A stretch of 64,000 nucleotides of DNA. Source: Gammaproteobacteria bacterium. GTDB taxonomy: Bacteria; Pseudomonadota; Gammaproteobacteria; Ga0077536. Under the pieces are notes generated by a model that saw only the letters and a program-made list of their open reading frames with translations, did not search any database and had not been told where the DNA came from. The translations under genes were made by a program, and so were the position numbers. Within the stretch, counting starts at the first letter, position 1. Each line of letters starts with the position of its first letter. The stretch spans positions 608,001 through 672,000 of the forward strand of contig CAXXLL010000002.1 of the NCBI GenBank assembly GCA_963662545.2. Direction: 5' to 3'. Positions 40,312-51,580 of this stretch are shown one piece after another.

Positions 40312-42378
40312 ATGACAAATCGGATTGGAATCGATATCGGTGGCACGTTCACCGATGTCGTATTGCTGCAGGATAACGGGCAGTTCCTGGTTTACAAGGA
40401 AGATTCAACCCCCGACGAACCGCTGCACGCGATCACGGCCGGGCTCGCTGGGATTGCCGCGGAAGTGGACATGAGTGTTGAAGCGCTGTTGCAATCTACC
40501 GAGTTTCTGGTCCATGGCCAGACCATGGCCACCAATGCGCTGATTCAGCGCAACGGTCCCGTCGTCGGTTTGCTCTGTACCGAGGGGTTCCGCGACGTCC
40601 TTCATCTTGGCCGCGGCTCCAAGCCGGAGCGTTTTAACGTGCATCTGCAAAAATCCGAAGACCTTATTCCGCGCTATCTGCGCCTCGGCGTTCCTGAGCG
40701 CACCGCCGCCGACGGTGCCGAAGTCAAACCGCTGGACGAAGACGCCGTACGCGAGGCAGCGCGCACATTTGACAAGCACCGGGTCAAGGCGGTCGCCATC
40801 GCCTACCTTTGGTCGATTCTCGATGCGACCCATGAAAAGCGCACGGCCGAAATCGTCCAGGAAGAACTGCCCGGCGTCGACGTCTTGTGTTCATCCGATA
40901 TTCTGCCGGAGATCCGCGAGTGGGAACGTACTTCGTCGACCGTCCTGAGCGCGTATATCGCGCCTATCATCGGCGACTACCTGCGTGCGTTCGAAACCGA
41001 GATGGAAAAAGGTGGGATGCCCCATCGGCCGCTCATCATGCAGGTAAATGGCGGCTGTGCGGCCGTTCCCGATCTGTTGGCGCGCCCGGTTAACGCGATC
41101 GCTTCAGGACCGGCGGCGGGTCCTGCTGCGGCCGCATACTACGCGTCGAGCACGAAAGCCCCGGATCGCCTAATCGTGATCGACATGGGCGGTACCAGTT
41201 TCGATGTCTGCTTGCTGCGCGATGGTGAACCGGTGATGTCGAGCGACATTAAGGTTGCCGATCAGCCCATCGGTGTTAACGGGGTAGAGGTACTGTCCGT
41301 CGGTGCCGGCGGCGGCTCCGTGGCGTGGCTCGATAGCGGCAACTCGCTCAGGGTTGGGCCGCGCAGCGCCGGCTCCCAGCCAGGACCGGCCTGCTACGGG
41401 CGCGGCGGCAGCGAGCCTGCGGTTACTGATGCCAATCTGGTCGTTGGACGCATGGCGGCCAGTGCGTTCCTGGGTGGTCGCCGCTCACTCGATATAAACC
41501 TTGCGATCAAGGCGATAGCCACGCATATCGCAACGCCGCTGGGCCTGGACGTTAATACCGCGGCAGCCGGGATCCTGACCATTGTGAATTCAAATATGGC
41601 CACGGCCATTCGCGCCGTCTCGATCGAGCGCGGCATAGACCCACGTGACTATGTCATGGTGGCCGGGGGCGGCGCCGGCGGACTTCACGCCGCGGAACTG
41701 GCGCGCATGCTTGGCATCGGCGAGGTGTTGATTCCGAGATCGGCGGGCGGACTGTGTGCCTTCGGTATGGCCGTGACACCGGTGAGACACGATTACGTTC
41801 GCCTCGCACATTGTTACTCGAACGCACCGGGGGTAGCTGCTCGCATCAGCGGCGTGTTCGACAGCCTGGTGGCCGAGGGCAGCGCGCATCTGGAGTCCGA
41901 CGGTTTCAAATCGGACGAAATTCGCTTTTCGCGCCATCTCGAAGGACGCTACCCGGGACAGGTCCATAATCTCACCGTGCCGCTGTCGGACGGACCCATC
42001 GACGATGCGTTCCTGCGCCGTCTGGAAGCGGATTTCCATACCGAACACGACAAGCGATTCACCTACGCGATGCGCGATCAACCGGTCGAATGCCTGCACT
42101 GGCGGCTCGTAGCGACCGGCAGCCGACCGGCGCCGCAAGGGCGACTGGCACGGCAATCCGATGGCAGGTCCAAGCGGTCCGGACGACGCACGGCATACAT
42201 GGCCGCGGTGAATGCCGAAGTAGCGACCGACATTTGGCAGGGCGATGCGCTGGCAGCGGGGGATCGTATCACCGGTCCGGCCATTGTCGAATTCGCAACC
42301 ACGACTATCGTCGTCAACCCCGACGACAGGCTGGTCGTTCAAGCGGATGGTAGTTCGCTGCTGACCATCGCTCTCTAG
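40312..42378 (+). CDS. hydantoinase A / oxoprolinase family subunit (ATP-binding)
   Basis: [23 protein letters not shown] and [11 protein letters not shown] motifs. Confidence 0.93.
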   Translation: MTNRIGIDIGGTFTDVVLLQDNGQFLVYKEDSTPDEPLHAITAGLAGIAAEVDMSVEALLQSTEFLVHGQTMATNALIQRNGPVVGLLCTEGFRDVLHLGRGSKPERFNVHLQKSEDLIPRYLRLGVPERTAADGAEVKPLDEDAVREAARTFDKHRVKAVAIAYLWSILDATHEKRTAEIVQEELPGVDVLCSSDILPEIREWERTSSTVLSAYIAPIIGDYLRAFETEMEKGGMPHRPLIMQVNGGCAAVPDLLARPVNAIASGPAAGPAAAAYYASSTKAPDRLIVIDMGGTSFDVCLLRDGEPVMSSDIKVADQPIGVNGVEVLSVGAGGGSVAWLDSGNSLRVGPRSAGSQPGPACYGRGGSEPAVTDANLVVGRMAASAFLGGRRSLDINLAIKAIATHIATPLGLDVNTAAAGILTIVNSNMATAIRAVSIERGIDPRDYVMVAGGGAGGLHAAELARMLGIGEVLIPRSAGGLCAFGMAVTPVRHDYVRLAHCYSNAPGVAARISGVFDSLVAEGSAHLESDGFKSDEIRFSRHLEGRYPGQVHNLTVPLSDGPIDDAFLRRLEADFHTEHDKRFTYAMRDQPVECLHWRLVATGSRPAPQGRLARQSDGRSKRSGRRTAYMAAVNAEVATDIWQGDALAAGDRITGPAIVEFATTTIVVNPDDRLVVQADGSSLLTIAL

Positions 42379-42418
42379 CCCGCGTTGCCCGGGCGTTACC
42401 GACACAGGAGTTCTCGCA

Positions 42419-43783
42419 ATGCTCACCGACCTCCAAGGTATCGATCTCGAGTCCCACCTTCATCCTTATACCAACTTTGCTGATATCGCCGAGCGCGGGC
42501 CGCTGATCATGAACGACGCGCAGGGTGTACGTGTGCGCGATCTTAAGGGTCGCGAATACATCGATGCGATGTCGGGTCTGTGGTGTTGTGATGTCGGTTA
42601 CGGCCGCCTGGAAATCGCTGAGGCGATTGCCGAGCAGGCACGTCGGCTCGCGTTTTTCCACTCGTTTTTCGGTATGGCGACCGAGCCGACGATCCGTCTA
42701 GCCGATCGTCTCAAGCGGCTCATGCCCTGGTCCATGGCGCGAGTTTTCTTTGGGCTATCGGGTTCCGACGCAAACGACACTCAGATCAAGCTCGTGTGGC
42801 TTTACAACCATCTCCGGGGTAAACCGGAGAAAACAAAAATCCTCTCGCACCATATGGGTTATCACGGCATCACGCTGGGCGCATCCAGCATGACCGGGCT
42901 ACCCGCGGTGCACGCTTACATGAATCTGCCGCTCCCCGGATTCCTACACCTGTCGACGCCACACTATTACCGCGAGGCCGAGCCGGGAATGAGTGAAGCC
43001 GACTTCGTCGGGAAATTGGTCGGCGAGCTGGAGGCGACCGTCGAACGCGAAGGCGCAGACACTATCGCGGCGTTCATCGCCGAGCCCGTGATGGGTGCGG
43101 GCGGCGTGATCGGGCCGCCCGAGGGCTACTATCCGGCGATGCAGGAGGTGCTGCGACGCCACGACATCCTTTTCATCGCTGATGAGGTGATCTGTGGCTT
43201 CGGTCGGCTCGGTACACCCTGGGGAAGTCTTGCCCTCGGCATCGAGCCGGATCTCGTGACGATTGCGAAAGGTCTCACGAGTGGCTATGCGCCGTTGTCG
43301 GCATCGCTCATTTCCGAGCGTATTTGGTCGGTGATCGCGGACCACGAGGCCGAGATCCCCCAGTTCAATCACGGCCAGACCTACAGTGGGCATCCCATCA
43401 GTACCGCCGCGGCACTCGCGAATCTCGACATCATGGAACGCGAGTCGCTGTTCGAACGCGCGGCGGATACCGGCGTGTACCTGCAGCAACGACTGCGCGC
43501 GGAGTTTGCTGACCATCCCCACGTGGGTGAAGTCCGCGGGCTCGGCATGATCGGTGCGATCGAGGTCGTCAAAGACCGGGACAGCCGTGGCACCTTCGAC
43601 CCGGATCTGAAGATGCCGCTCAGGATTTTCCACAAGCTCCTCGACAAGGGCGTCATCGCCCGCGCAATCGGCGTGTCTGGCATTGCGGTGTGCCCGCCCT
43701 ATGTCATCGAACGCCATGACATCGACATCATCGTTGACGCCATTCGGGAGACTGTCGACGAGCTTGTGCGCGCCGTGGTTTGA
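42419..43783 (+). CDS. class III (omega-amino acid) aminotransferase
   Basis: [28 protein letters not shown] and AKGLTSGY motifs. Confidence 0.93.
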   Translation: MLTDLQGIDLESHLHPYTNFADIAERGPLIMNDAQGVRVRDLKGREYIDAMSGLWCCDVGYGRLEIAEAIAEQARRLAFFHSFFGMATEPTIRLADRLKRLMPWSMARVFFGLSGSDANDTQIKLVWLYNHLRGKPEKTKILSHHMGYHGITLGASSMTGLPAVHAYMNLPLPGFLHLSTPHYYREAEPGMSEADFVGKLVGELEATVEREGADTIAAFIAEPVMGAGGVIGPPEGYYPAMQEVLRRHDILFIADEVICGFGRLGTPWGSLALGIEPDLVTIAKGLTSGYAPLSASLISERIWSVIADHEAEIPQFNHGQTYSGHPISTAAALANLDIMERESLFERAADTGVYLQQRLRAEFADHPHVGEVRGLGMIGAIEVVKDRDSRGTFDPDLKMPLRIFHKLLDKGVIARAIGVSGIAVCPPYVIERHDIDIIVDAIRETVDELVRAVV

Positions 43784-43853
43784 GTGCTCCGCCTTACAGC
43801 GCGCGAGGGCACGTTAACGGACGAGGTATCACAGCGTTGGGAGATAATTGCGT

Positions 43854-44192
43854 ATGAGCGGAATCAAAGTGGTCGATGTTAGCGAAGCCGAAGTGTACGA
43901 AGAGCCAACGCTCGTTAGCCGCCGGGTGATCCGCAAGGAACACGGCGCCGAAAGCATGTCGCTTAACATCTCGACCTTGCACGAAGGCTATGACGATCCG
44001 GCGGTCACCTACCCGGAACACGATGAAGTCGTCTACATCCTCACCGGGACGGTCGAATTCACCTTCGATGGACAAACACAATCGCTCGGCAAGGGCAAGG
44101 CGATCTACATTCCGCGCGGTCAGACATACGGTTATAAGGTGACCGAGGGCCCCAACGACGTCGTCGCTGTTTTTACACCGGCCAAATTTTGA
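43854..44192 (+). CDS. cupin domain protein (EutQ-like)
   Basis: DEVVYILTG...GKAIYIPRG. Confidence 0.8.
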   Translation: MSGIKVVDVSEAEVYEEPTLVSRRVIRKEHGAESMSLNISTLHEGYDDPAVTYPEHDEVVYILTGTVEFTFDGQTQSLGKGKAIYIPRGQTYGYKVTEGPNDVVAVFTPAKF

Positions 44193-44286
44193 TCATGGCG
44201 CGCTAGAACGGCATGTCCAGCGATGGGTCGCTTGGTCAGAAATGAACTGGCTGTGCCCATGACGTATGCAATATGGTTCTACCGTC

Positions 44287-46239
44287 ATGTTTGACCACCT
44301 GATCTCGCCGATTACGCTCAGAAGTCGGACCTTTCGTAACCGCATCTTCTCGTCTGGCCACCAGACCCTGCTCGCGCGCAGGGGCTTGATTACCGATGCA
44401 TTCGTCGCCTATCACGAAGCACGCGCCCGCGGCGGTGCCGGTCTCATCATTACCGAGGCTGTATCTGCGCACGAGTCCGCGTATTTCAATGAATACGTGC
44501 CGTCCGGTTTTCTCGACGAGTCGATCCCCGGTTTTCGCCAACTCGCGGAGGTCGTTCATGGACATGATTGTGGTCTAATCGGGCAACTCTTCCATCCCGG
44601 CGCCGAAGTCGCGGCAATCCTTGATGACGGCAGCCGTCCCGTGGCGTGGGCGCCTTCGATGCATCAGCAAGAGCGCTATCTAGTGACTGCCCGGCCGATG
44701 CCGGTATCAATGATCCGCGACGTAATCGAAGGCTACGGTGACACTGCCGCGCGCATGGTTACCGCAGGGCTCGATGGTGTTGAAGTACTCGCAAGCCATG
44801 GTTACCTGCCGATCCAGTTCTGCAATCCCCGGGTCAATCACCGCACCGACGACTATGGCGGCAGTTTCGAGAAGCGCCTGCGCTTCCTGAACGAAGTGCA
44901 CGACACGATACGCGCAAAAATCGGTACGGACGTCGTCATTGGTTTACGGATTTCCGCGGGCGATCGGATGGTTGAAGGATTCAGTGAAGACGAGGCGCTC
45001 GAAGTATTGGGTGCGCTCGATTCCGCAGATCGCTTCGATTACTTCAACATCACCTTGGGCTCGTCTGCGACCACCGAAGGCGCGGTGCATATCGTGCCAC
45101 CGATGTCGATCGAACCGGCCTATGTTGCGCCCTACGCTGAGCGCGTTAAACGCGCCACCAGCCGCGCCATTCTTGTGACCGGACGATTCAACCGGCCGCA
45201 GGACGCCGAAATCGCGCTTGAGGCAGGGCAGGCGGATATGATCGGTATGACGCGCGCACAGATCTGCGATCCAGACATGGCGCGTAAAGCCCGCGAGCAA
45301 AGACCCGATGATATTCGTGTTTGCATCGCGTGCAACCAGACCTGCATCGGGCACTACGCCCTCGGCGCGCCGATCTCGTGCATTCAACATCCGGAAACCG
45401 GGCGCGAGCTCGAATTCGGCGAGCGTGTGCCTGCTACAAAGCCGCGCGAAGTAATGGTTATCGGCGGCGGTCCCGCCGGCCTCAAGGCGGCCGCGGTCGC
45501 CGCCGAAAGAGGCCACCGCGTCTCCCTCTATGAAAAGAATGCGCGACTCGGCGGCCAGACGCTGCTGGCCCAACTGTTACCGGACCGCAGCGAATTTGGT
45601 GGCATCACCACTAACCTGGAGCGCGAAGCCCGTAGCGCCGGTGTCAACATCAATACGGGTGTTGAAATGACGGGCGATACAATTCGTGCGGCCTGCGCGG
45701 ATGTCGTGATCATCGCCTCAGGGGCAACGCCGTACATGCCGGAGATAGAATTCGGCGACAGCGCGCAGGTCGTCAACGCCTGGCAGGTGATTAACGATGA
45801 AGTCGACTGCGGATCGCGCGTTGTGGTCGCCGATTGGCGTGGTGACTGGGTGAGCCTAGGCCTCGCAATGAAGCTCGCTCGCGCCGGCCACCACGTGCGC
45901 CTCGCGACGGTGGCGAACTGCGCCGGCGTGAACGTCGAATATTACACGCGTGATTCGCTGATTGCGGAACTCGACCGACTCGGCGTCGAGTTTACCCATT
46001 ACGCGCGCCTCGCGGGTGCCGATGAAAATACTGTGTACTTCGTCCACGCAAGCGGCGGGCATGCAATGGAATTCGAGAGCAATACGCTGGTCGTTGCGTA
46101 CGGACATCAGAGCGAGATGGTTCTATCGAACAGCCTCGAAGGCTACGGTGCGGAAATTCACATAATCGGCGATGCTTTGTCGCCGCGCACCGCCGAAGAG
46201 GCAGTCCTCGAAGGATTGAAAGTTGGAAGCCAAATCTGA
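44287..46239 (+). CDS. NADH:flavin oxidoreductase (OYE/TMADH-like, with Fe-S and FAD domains)
   Basis: ARARGGAG, SHGYL, RTDDYGGS, CIACNQTC and IGGGPAG motifs. Confidence 0.92.
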   Translation: MFDHLISPITLRSRTFRNRIFSSGHQTLLARRGLITDAFVAYHEARARGGAGLIITEAVSAHESAYFNEYVPSGFLDESIPGFRQLAEVVHGHDCGLIGQLFHPGAEVAAILDDGSRPVAWAPSMHQQERYLVTARPMPVSMIRDVIEGYGDTAARMVTAGLDGVEVLASHGYLPIQFCNPRVNHRTDDYGGSFEKRLRFLNEVHDTIRAKIGTDVVIGLRISAGDRMVEGFSEDEALEVLGALDSADRFDYFNITLGSSATTEGAVHIVPPMSIEPAYVAPYAERVKRATSRAILVTGRFNRPQDAEIALEAGQADMIGMTRAQICDPDMARKAREQRPDDIRVCIACNQTCIGHYALGAPISCIQHPETGRELEFGERVPATKPREVMVIGGGPAGLKAAAVAAERGHRVSLYEKNARLGGQTLLAQLLPDRSEFGGITTNLEREARSAGVNINTGVEMTGDTIRAACADVVIIASGATPYMPEIEFGDSAQVVNAWQVINDEVDCGSRVVVADWRGDWVSLGLAMKLARAGHHVRLATVANCAGVNVEYYTRDSLIAELDRLGVEFTHYARLAGADENTVYFVHASGGHAMEFESNTLVVAYGHQSEMVLSNSLEGYGAEIHIIGDALSPRTAEEAVLEGLKVGSQI

Positions 46240-46994
46240 GCGGAGCAAGTACTGCTGCAATAGAATTTCAGTGATGCGTTCTGCGGGTCGCCTGACGACG
46301 TTAAAAGTAAATGGAGGGTACTGACGAGTTAAGCCAGGATAAAGAATATTCACCGCAGGATCCGATTAAAATCGATGTACAAGCGCTATCGATTCCCTGC
46401 CCCTGCTATATATTCGTCCGGGTTGATTTAGCAGGGGTGTTGAAGTTTCGTCATCCCTGATAATTCCCTGTTAACTTCGGGCGCGTTTTCTAGCAGCGTG
46501 CCGTAACGCGCTATAAAATCAGGATATTTGTAAAGCTCTGCTGGGTTTTCTGGCGGAAATCGAAAGATTTTCCCTGTACTTTCCCTGTAAACAGGGGAGA
46601 ACTGTTCGCACCAGACTTCCTCCATCGCCATAACATTCAGTAAGCTTCTGTATTTACTGGATGGATGTCCGTAGGTCCAAACTCTAGCCACTTTTCTACC
46701 CGCAACTCGATCGCTCAAACGCGCTGAACAGACCACGCAGAACCGGCTTCGTTCGTGGGTAGGGCAGCGACCTCGGCAACATTGCCTATCTACGCGCCTC
46801 CGTTAGTCGCGCAAATCAGTACGGAATGTCACTCGGCTATTGGATTTGCTCAAGAGGGGGCGATGCAGCACCGTTAGAGTCGACAACGATATTCATGTTT
46901 GTCCTCATCGCGAATGCCCTGACGATGGTCGGGGTGGGTGAGGCGCTTTGGCCAGAGGGTGGGAAGGAGAAATAAGAAGCCGTCGATTGAGCCG

Positions 46995-47065
46995 ACGTCC
47001 GCTCACCCCGAAAGCAGCCATGACCGGCGATGCGAATCCCACACTTGACCATGACGGCTTTCGGC
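46995..47065 (+). repeat. partial repeat copy R7
   Basis: ACGTCCGCTCACCCCGAAAGCAGCC and GACGGCTTTCGGC, cut off by an IS end. Confidence 0.55.
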
Positions 47066-47091
47066 TGTGGATTCAACCGGTCGATGCAACA
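47066..47091 (-). mobile_element. orphan IS30-like terminal repeat
   Basis: TGTGGATTCAACCGGTCGATGCAACA resembles IS30-family ends (from recall); no transposase nearby. Confidence 0.5.
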
Positions 47092-47262
47092 TCTAATCTC
47101 ACTTACGTTAGGCCGTCACGCTCCCGCTTGAAGATTGGGAGCGCGTCGGCCCGGGTCGGGACTAAGTCATTCTCGACGCGTAAGAGCCCGTGACGGCAAG
47201 GCAAAAGGCAAGATCTGAGACACCGGGACAGTTTGGGTAGGGGCATCTAACGTGACAGCGGG

Positions 47263-47595
47263 CTAGAGCCTATTGCCGCGAAAAATCGTCATGTGGTCCT
47301 TCGGTTCTGATCCGAGCAGTGCGCGTCCACCGGATTCGTCTTGTTTAGGGCATCTGTTAATGTAGATGGGAGGGGGTATTTTGCCGGCTGCTTTATACTT
47401 ATCTACTCGAATTTGAATTCTCTCCTCCAAAGGTAGCGTGCAATCCTCTTGCATACTAAGTTGGGCAGGCTCGGAGCTGTTCGGATCGCTCACTGTTTTT
47501 CCCTGGTTACCGAGGTGGGGCGCACCGCGGTTATAAGTCGCAGTCGCACACCCAGCGGCCAACACGCACAACGCACAGATGACTACTTTTCGCAT
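47263..47595 (-). CDS. putative lipoprotein
   Basis: MRKVVICALCVLAAGC lipobox. Confidence 0.65.
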   Translation of the reverse strand: MRKVVICALCVLAAGCATATYNRGAPHLGNQGKTVSDPNSSEPAQLSMQEDCTLPLEERIQIRVDKYKAAGKIPPPIYINRCPKQDESGGRALLGSEPKDHMTIFRGNRL

Positions 47596-47784
47596 ATCAC
47601 TACGCTCTCAGACTTTTTCTAATGTTAAGTGTAGGCCGCCAGCAAAGGAACACAACCCACAACCCACAAAACACCAACCCCAAGGTAATCGCCAGTTAAT
47701 CGGTTCCGTGTCGCTCCTCCCCTTCATTTTGTAAATGGAGTCGCAAAGGATAGCATAGCCAGGATCGAATCCGCCGTAAGAAGA

Positions 47785-47917
47785 AAGTCCGGTTTGGGTC
47801 GTGAGCCGCCGCCTCGCGGCAGCGCAGCAATACTCTAGATTACGTCGGCAATACCCTCGTAAGCAGACATTAAGTAGCGTTTAGCTGCGTGCACATTATG
47901 AGCGTCGGCTTCCGGCC
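47785..47917 (+). repeat. tripartite repeat, copy R8 (IS1182 in third palindrome; resumes at 50996)
   Basis: GTCCGGTTTGGGTCGTGAGCCGCC / ACGTCGGCAATACCCTCGTAAGCAGAC / GTCGGCTTCCGGCC|AACAGTGGAC. Confidence 0.85.
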
Positions 47918-48107
47918 GAGGCCGTGTCAAAAGTCGGAATACGGTGGGGTCATGTTGAGAATACACGCGCAGACGAACGTCGGTGCCGTTCACCGGCCGC
48001 GATAACCGCCCCCTCAATCGACCGGCAAATGAAACGTTCTTCAGAACCGCCCCTGAGGCCGCCCTTGGAACTCTGAAACCGCCGGTTCTTTCAGGCGAAA
48101 GAGGGCG

Positions 48108-50931
48108 TCATACCCCCATCGCCGCGATTAAAGCGCCCGCCCCCTTGATTTGGAGAACGCGCTTCAGGTTATAAGCCAGCACGTGCAGACTCATCTCCGT
48201 ACTCACCCGTGGCAGCGTCTTCGTTAAGAAGTGCGTCGCTCCCATCCAGGCTTTCAGCGTCCCGAAGGGATGCTCGACCGTTTGTCGACGCAGTTGCATC
48301 TTCTCCGGAGCCGCGTGCAGTCGTGCCTGCATCTCGTCGAGCACATCTTCACGCTCCCAGCGTTTGACCCGACGCTCGAGACCGGTCGTACACTTCGCCT
48401 TGATCGGACAGTCCTTGCACGCCGTCGTCCAATAGACATTTAGCGTCAGCCCCTTCTCAATGCTGACGCAGCGCCATGTCAACGCTTCTCCCGCCGGGCA
48501 CCGGTATTGATCCTGCTCTGGCTCGTAGACAAAGTCTTGTTTGCCATACCGTCCTTTCTTCTTGCTTGGTGAAGTCAATGGCTTGGGCACGTAGGTGCGT
48601 ATCCCTTCATCCTCGCACGCCACGACCTCGGTTCCCGTGTAGTAACCCCGGTCACTCACCACCTCGAGATCGTCATGTCCGGTTGCGTCACGCGCCTGCT
48701 CGGCTATCGTCGCCAGATGCGCGCGGTCGCTACCCACGTTTGTCACCTCGTGCGCCACTATCAGATGGTTCTTGGACTCTACCGCCGCCTGCACGTTGTA
48801 GCCCACTATCCCGGTGCCCCGGGTCTTCATCGCGCGCGAATCCGGATCGCTCAGCGAGAGCTGCTGGTCTGGCTCAGCCAACCTGCGCTGCTCTAATGCC
48901 TTCAGACGCGACATCTCCTCTTCGAGCTGCTTCAGCTTGGCTTGTAAACCACTCACCTTCGCCTCCGGCATCGACGGTTGCGCTTGGTCGGCCTCATCCA
49001 ACTCAGCCAGGTAACGCGCTATATGCCGCTCAAGGCGCGCTTGACGCGCCTTCATCTTCGACTCAGTGAAGTTCTTGTCCCGTGAGTTCACCGCTTTGAA
49101 CTTGCTGCCGTCTATCGCCACCAGCGCTTGGCTGAACAGCTTGAGACGACGGCATACACCAATAAACTCACGGCACACCCCGACGATGCCTTTGCCGTTG
49201 TCCTTGCGGAAGTTGGCTATCGTCTTGTGGTCAGGCATCAGCCGACGCGTCAACCACATCACTTCGACGTTGCGTTGCGTCTCGCGCTCCAATCGCCGGC
49301 TCGACTGGAGGCGATTGAGGTAGCCGTAGATATACAGCTTCAACAGCGTCGCAGGGTCATAGGCCGGCCGGCCCAGCGCGCGAGGCTGATGACGCTCGAA
49401 GCCCAGGCCTTTCAGATCGAGTGCCTCGACAAACGCCTCAATCACCCTGATAGCGTTGTCTTCTGTGATGTAGTCGTCGAGTCGTTCCGGGAATAGTGTG
49501 CTCTGGGTTCGGTCTTCGCCTTCAACGAATCGCGTCAGAGTTATTGTCAAAAGTGGTGTTCAGGCGGTTGAATCAAGCGGCGACCTGATTGACCCTTGTC
49601 ACCTCGATACCATCTTCAAATTTAACTCCAGTAATCACCTTGGCCAGGTAGTCGAATCCACGTAGGCGTCGCCAATTCTTCTGCGCACACCGCCCCAGCT
49701 TGAACATCATATGGAGCATGCCGTCCCGAGAGAGACCGCCCTTGGAGCGCCGGGTCCGGTGCCGGATCGTAGCGAAGGTGGATTCAATCGGATTGCTCGT
49801 GCGAATGCTTTGCCAATGTGGTGCCGGAAAATCATAGAACGCCAGCAACTCCTCACGGTCTTTCTGTAGGCACAGGGTCGCCTTGGGATACTTCGGTTCA
49901 TAGGTCTTGAGGAACAGCTCGAACGCCTTCTCGGCGTCGGCCTTTGTCGCGGCCTGCCAGATCGCGTGCAGGGCTTGCTTGGCTTTGGCCTGTGCCGACT
50001 TCGGTAGGCAGTTCAGCACGTTCATCGTCTTGTGCATCCAGCAGCGTTGCTGGCGGGTCTCACCGTAGACTTCCTCCAGTGCGGCCCAGAAGCCCATGGC
50101 ACCGTCCCCGATCGCCAGCTTGGGAATATTCATCCCGCGTGACTTCAATTTCAGCAACACCTCGCGCCAGCTCTGCGTGGACTCCCGCACACCATCCTCC
50201 ATCGCCAAAAAACGCTTCTCGCCTCGCTCATTGACGCCGATCACCACCAACGCACACAGCTTCGTGTGCTCCGCCCGCAGGCCACTGTAGACACCGTCCG
50301 CCCACACCTACACCCAGCGGTCTTGGTCCAATCGCCCCTCGCACCAGTCGCGGTATTCTTGCGCCCACACCTGCTTCAAGCGCGACACGGTGCTCGCCGA
50401 CAGGCCCTTCGCCTGCGGCCCCAACAAAACTTCCAGCGCAGCGCCCATTTCGCCACTGGAAACGCCCTTCAAATACAGCCACGGCACGGCCGCCTCCAAG
50501 GTTCTTGTCTTGCGCACATACGGCGGCACCAGCGCTGAACGGAAGGTCACCGGCTCGCCGAGCTTCGAACGAACCTTCGGGATCCTCACCGTCACCGGCC
50601 CCAAGCCCGTCTGCAACTGGCGTTCCGGCAAATAGCCGTTGCGAACCACACCTGCTTTGTCGTCCACCGTGCGATGTCCTGAATACTGCGCCATATATTC
50701 TGCCAGCTCGATTTCAACCGCTCGTTCAATCAGAGCACGAGCACCGTTTCTCAAGACCTCCGTCAACGGATCTGGTATTCCTTCTCGACCTGATAATTCA
50801 ACAACGTTACTCTCTCATGGTGGCGTATCCTCTTTGGTTGGCTTGCTGCTTGGTAACAACATTTCAACCAGATACGCCGCCTTTATTCAATTCGCTCAAA
50901 CACCAGATTCAGTTATAACTCATCGCGTCAT
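48108..50931 (-). pseudogene. IS1182 transposase, separated from its ATG (50931) by IS256
   Basis: GRPAYDP, SSRRLERE, AIDGSKFKA, GYNVQ, DRGY and VEHPFG motifs; body 48108-49537 is uninterrupted. Confidence 0.88.
49538..50921 (-). mobile_element. IS256-family element, copy 2 (transposase has the same TAG plus a 2-bp deletion near its start)
   Basis: Near-identical to 16264-17649; 9-bp TSD ATCGCGTCA. Confidence 0.93.
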
Positions 50932-51068
50932 TCGGAACACCTAGGCGGGTCTTTCGATCAGTATGCACATCCTCGCAGACTTTTGACACAGCCTCGGCCA
51001 ACAGTGGACATCGAGCAATGCATTGTGGCGCCGAACTCTGTTATCGCTCCGAAGCGCGGACGAGATGC

Positions 51069-51560
51069 CTATTTTCTAGGCCCTATAGTTTTAGGTTCGT
51101 CGAACAGTGTTGGCTCAATAGGTATACCGTCAACCGTCATCGCATGTTCGACGTAGGTCTCCACTCCAGCCGGGATGACTGTTCCATGCTGTGCAACGCC
51201 GAGGTATATCTGTTTAGAATTTTTCGGCGTTCGTTCGAACCAATTCGGATCATCGAAAGTACCGGCGTGAACTCCGGCCATATCTGGAAATCGTTCCCAA
51301 GTGATGAATAGGTTCGTGCCACACGTCGCACAGAAGTGAAGGTAGAGCCATTTCCCACTTCCTTCGGAACGGTGTTCATAGATATTTGCGTTACCATTAG
51401 TGACCGAGAAATTTACTTCATCGAACGTCGGTAAAATGATGTACGCTCCGCCCGTAGATTTTTGGCACATCCGACAATGGCACATCCAGACCGTAAGGGG
51501 TTGTGATAAGACCGCATATCGTACCCCTCCGCAAAGACATCCGCCTTCTGCAACTGACAT
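51069..51560 (-). CDS. GFA-family (CENP-V/Gfa) Zn-binding protein
   Basis: GGCLCGGVRY, CHCRMCQ and FCATCGT motifs. Confidence 0.9.
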   Translation of the reverse strand: MSVAEGGCLCGGVRYAVLSQPLTVWMCHCRMCQKSTGGAYIILPTFDEVNFSVTNGNANIYEHRSEGSGKWLYLHFCATCGTNLFITWERFPDMAGVHAGTFDDPNWFERTPKNSKQIYLGVAQHGTVIPAGVETYVEHAMTVDGIPIEPTLFDEPKTIGPRK

Positions 51561-51580
51561 CGTACTCACCCTAATTAAGT

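Larger units (their letters stand above)
47918..50995 (-). mobile_element. IS1182-family element carrying a nested IS256
   Basis: IRs GAGGCCGTGTCAAAAGTC / GACTTTTGACACAGCCTC; TSD GGCC. Confidence 0.92.

Noticed and set aside
46596-46630. tRNA gene
   Set aside because: Only a 3'-like tail is present; no D arm or anticodon arm is identifiable.
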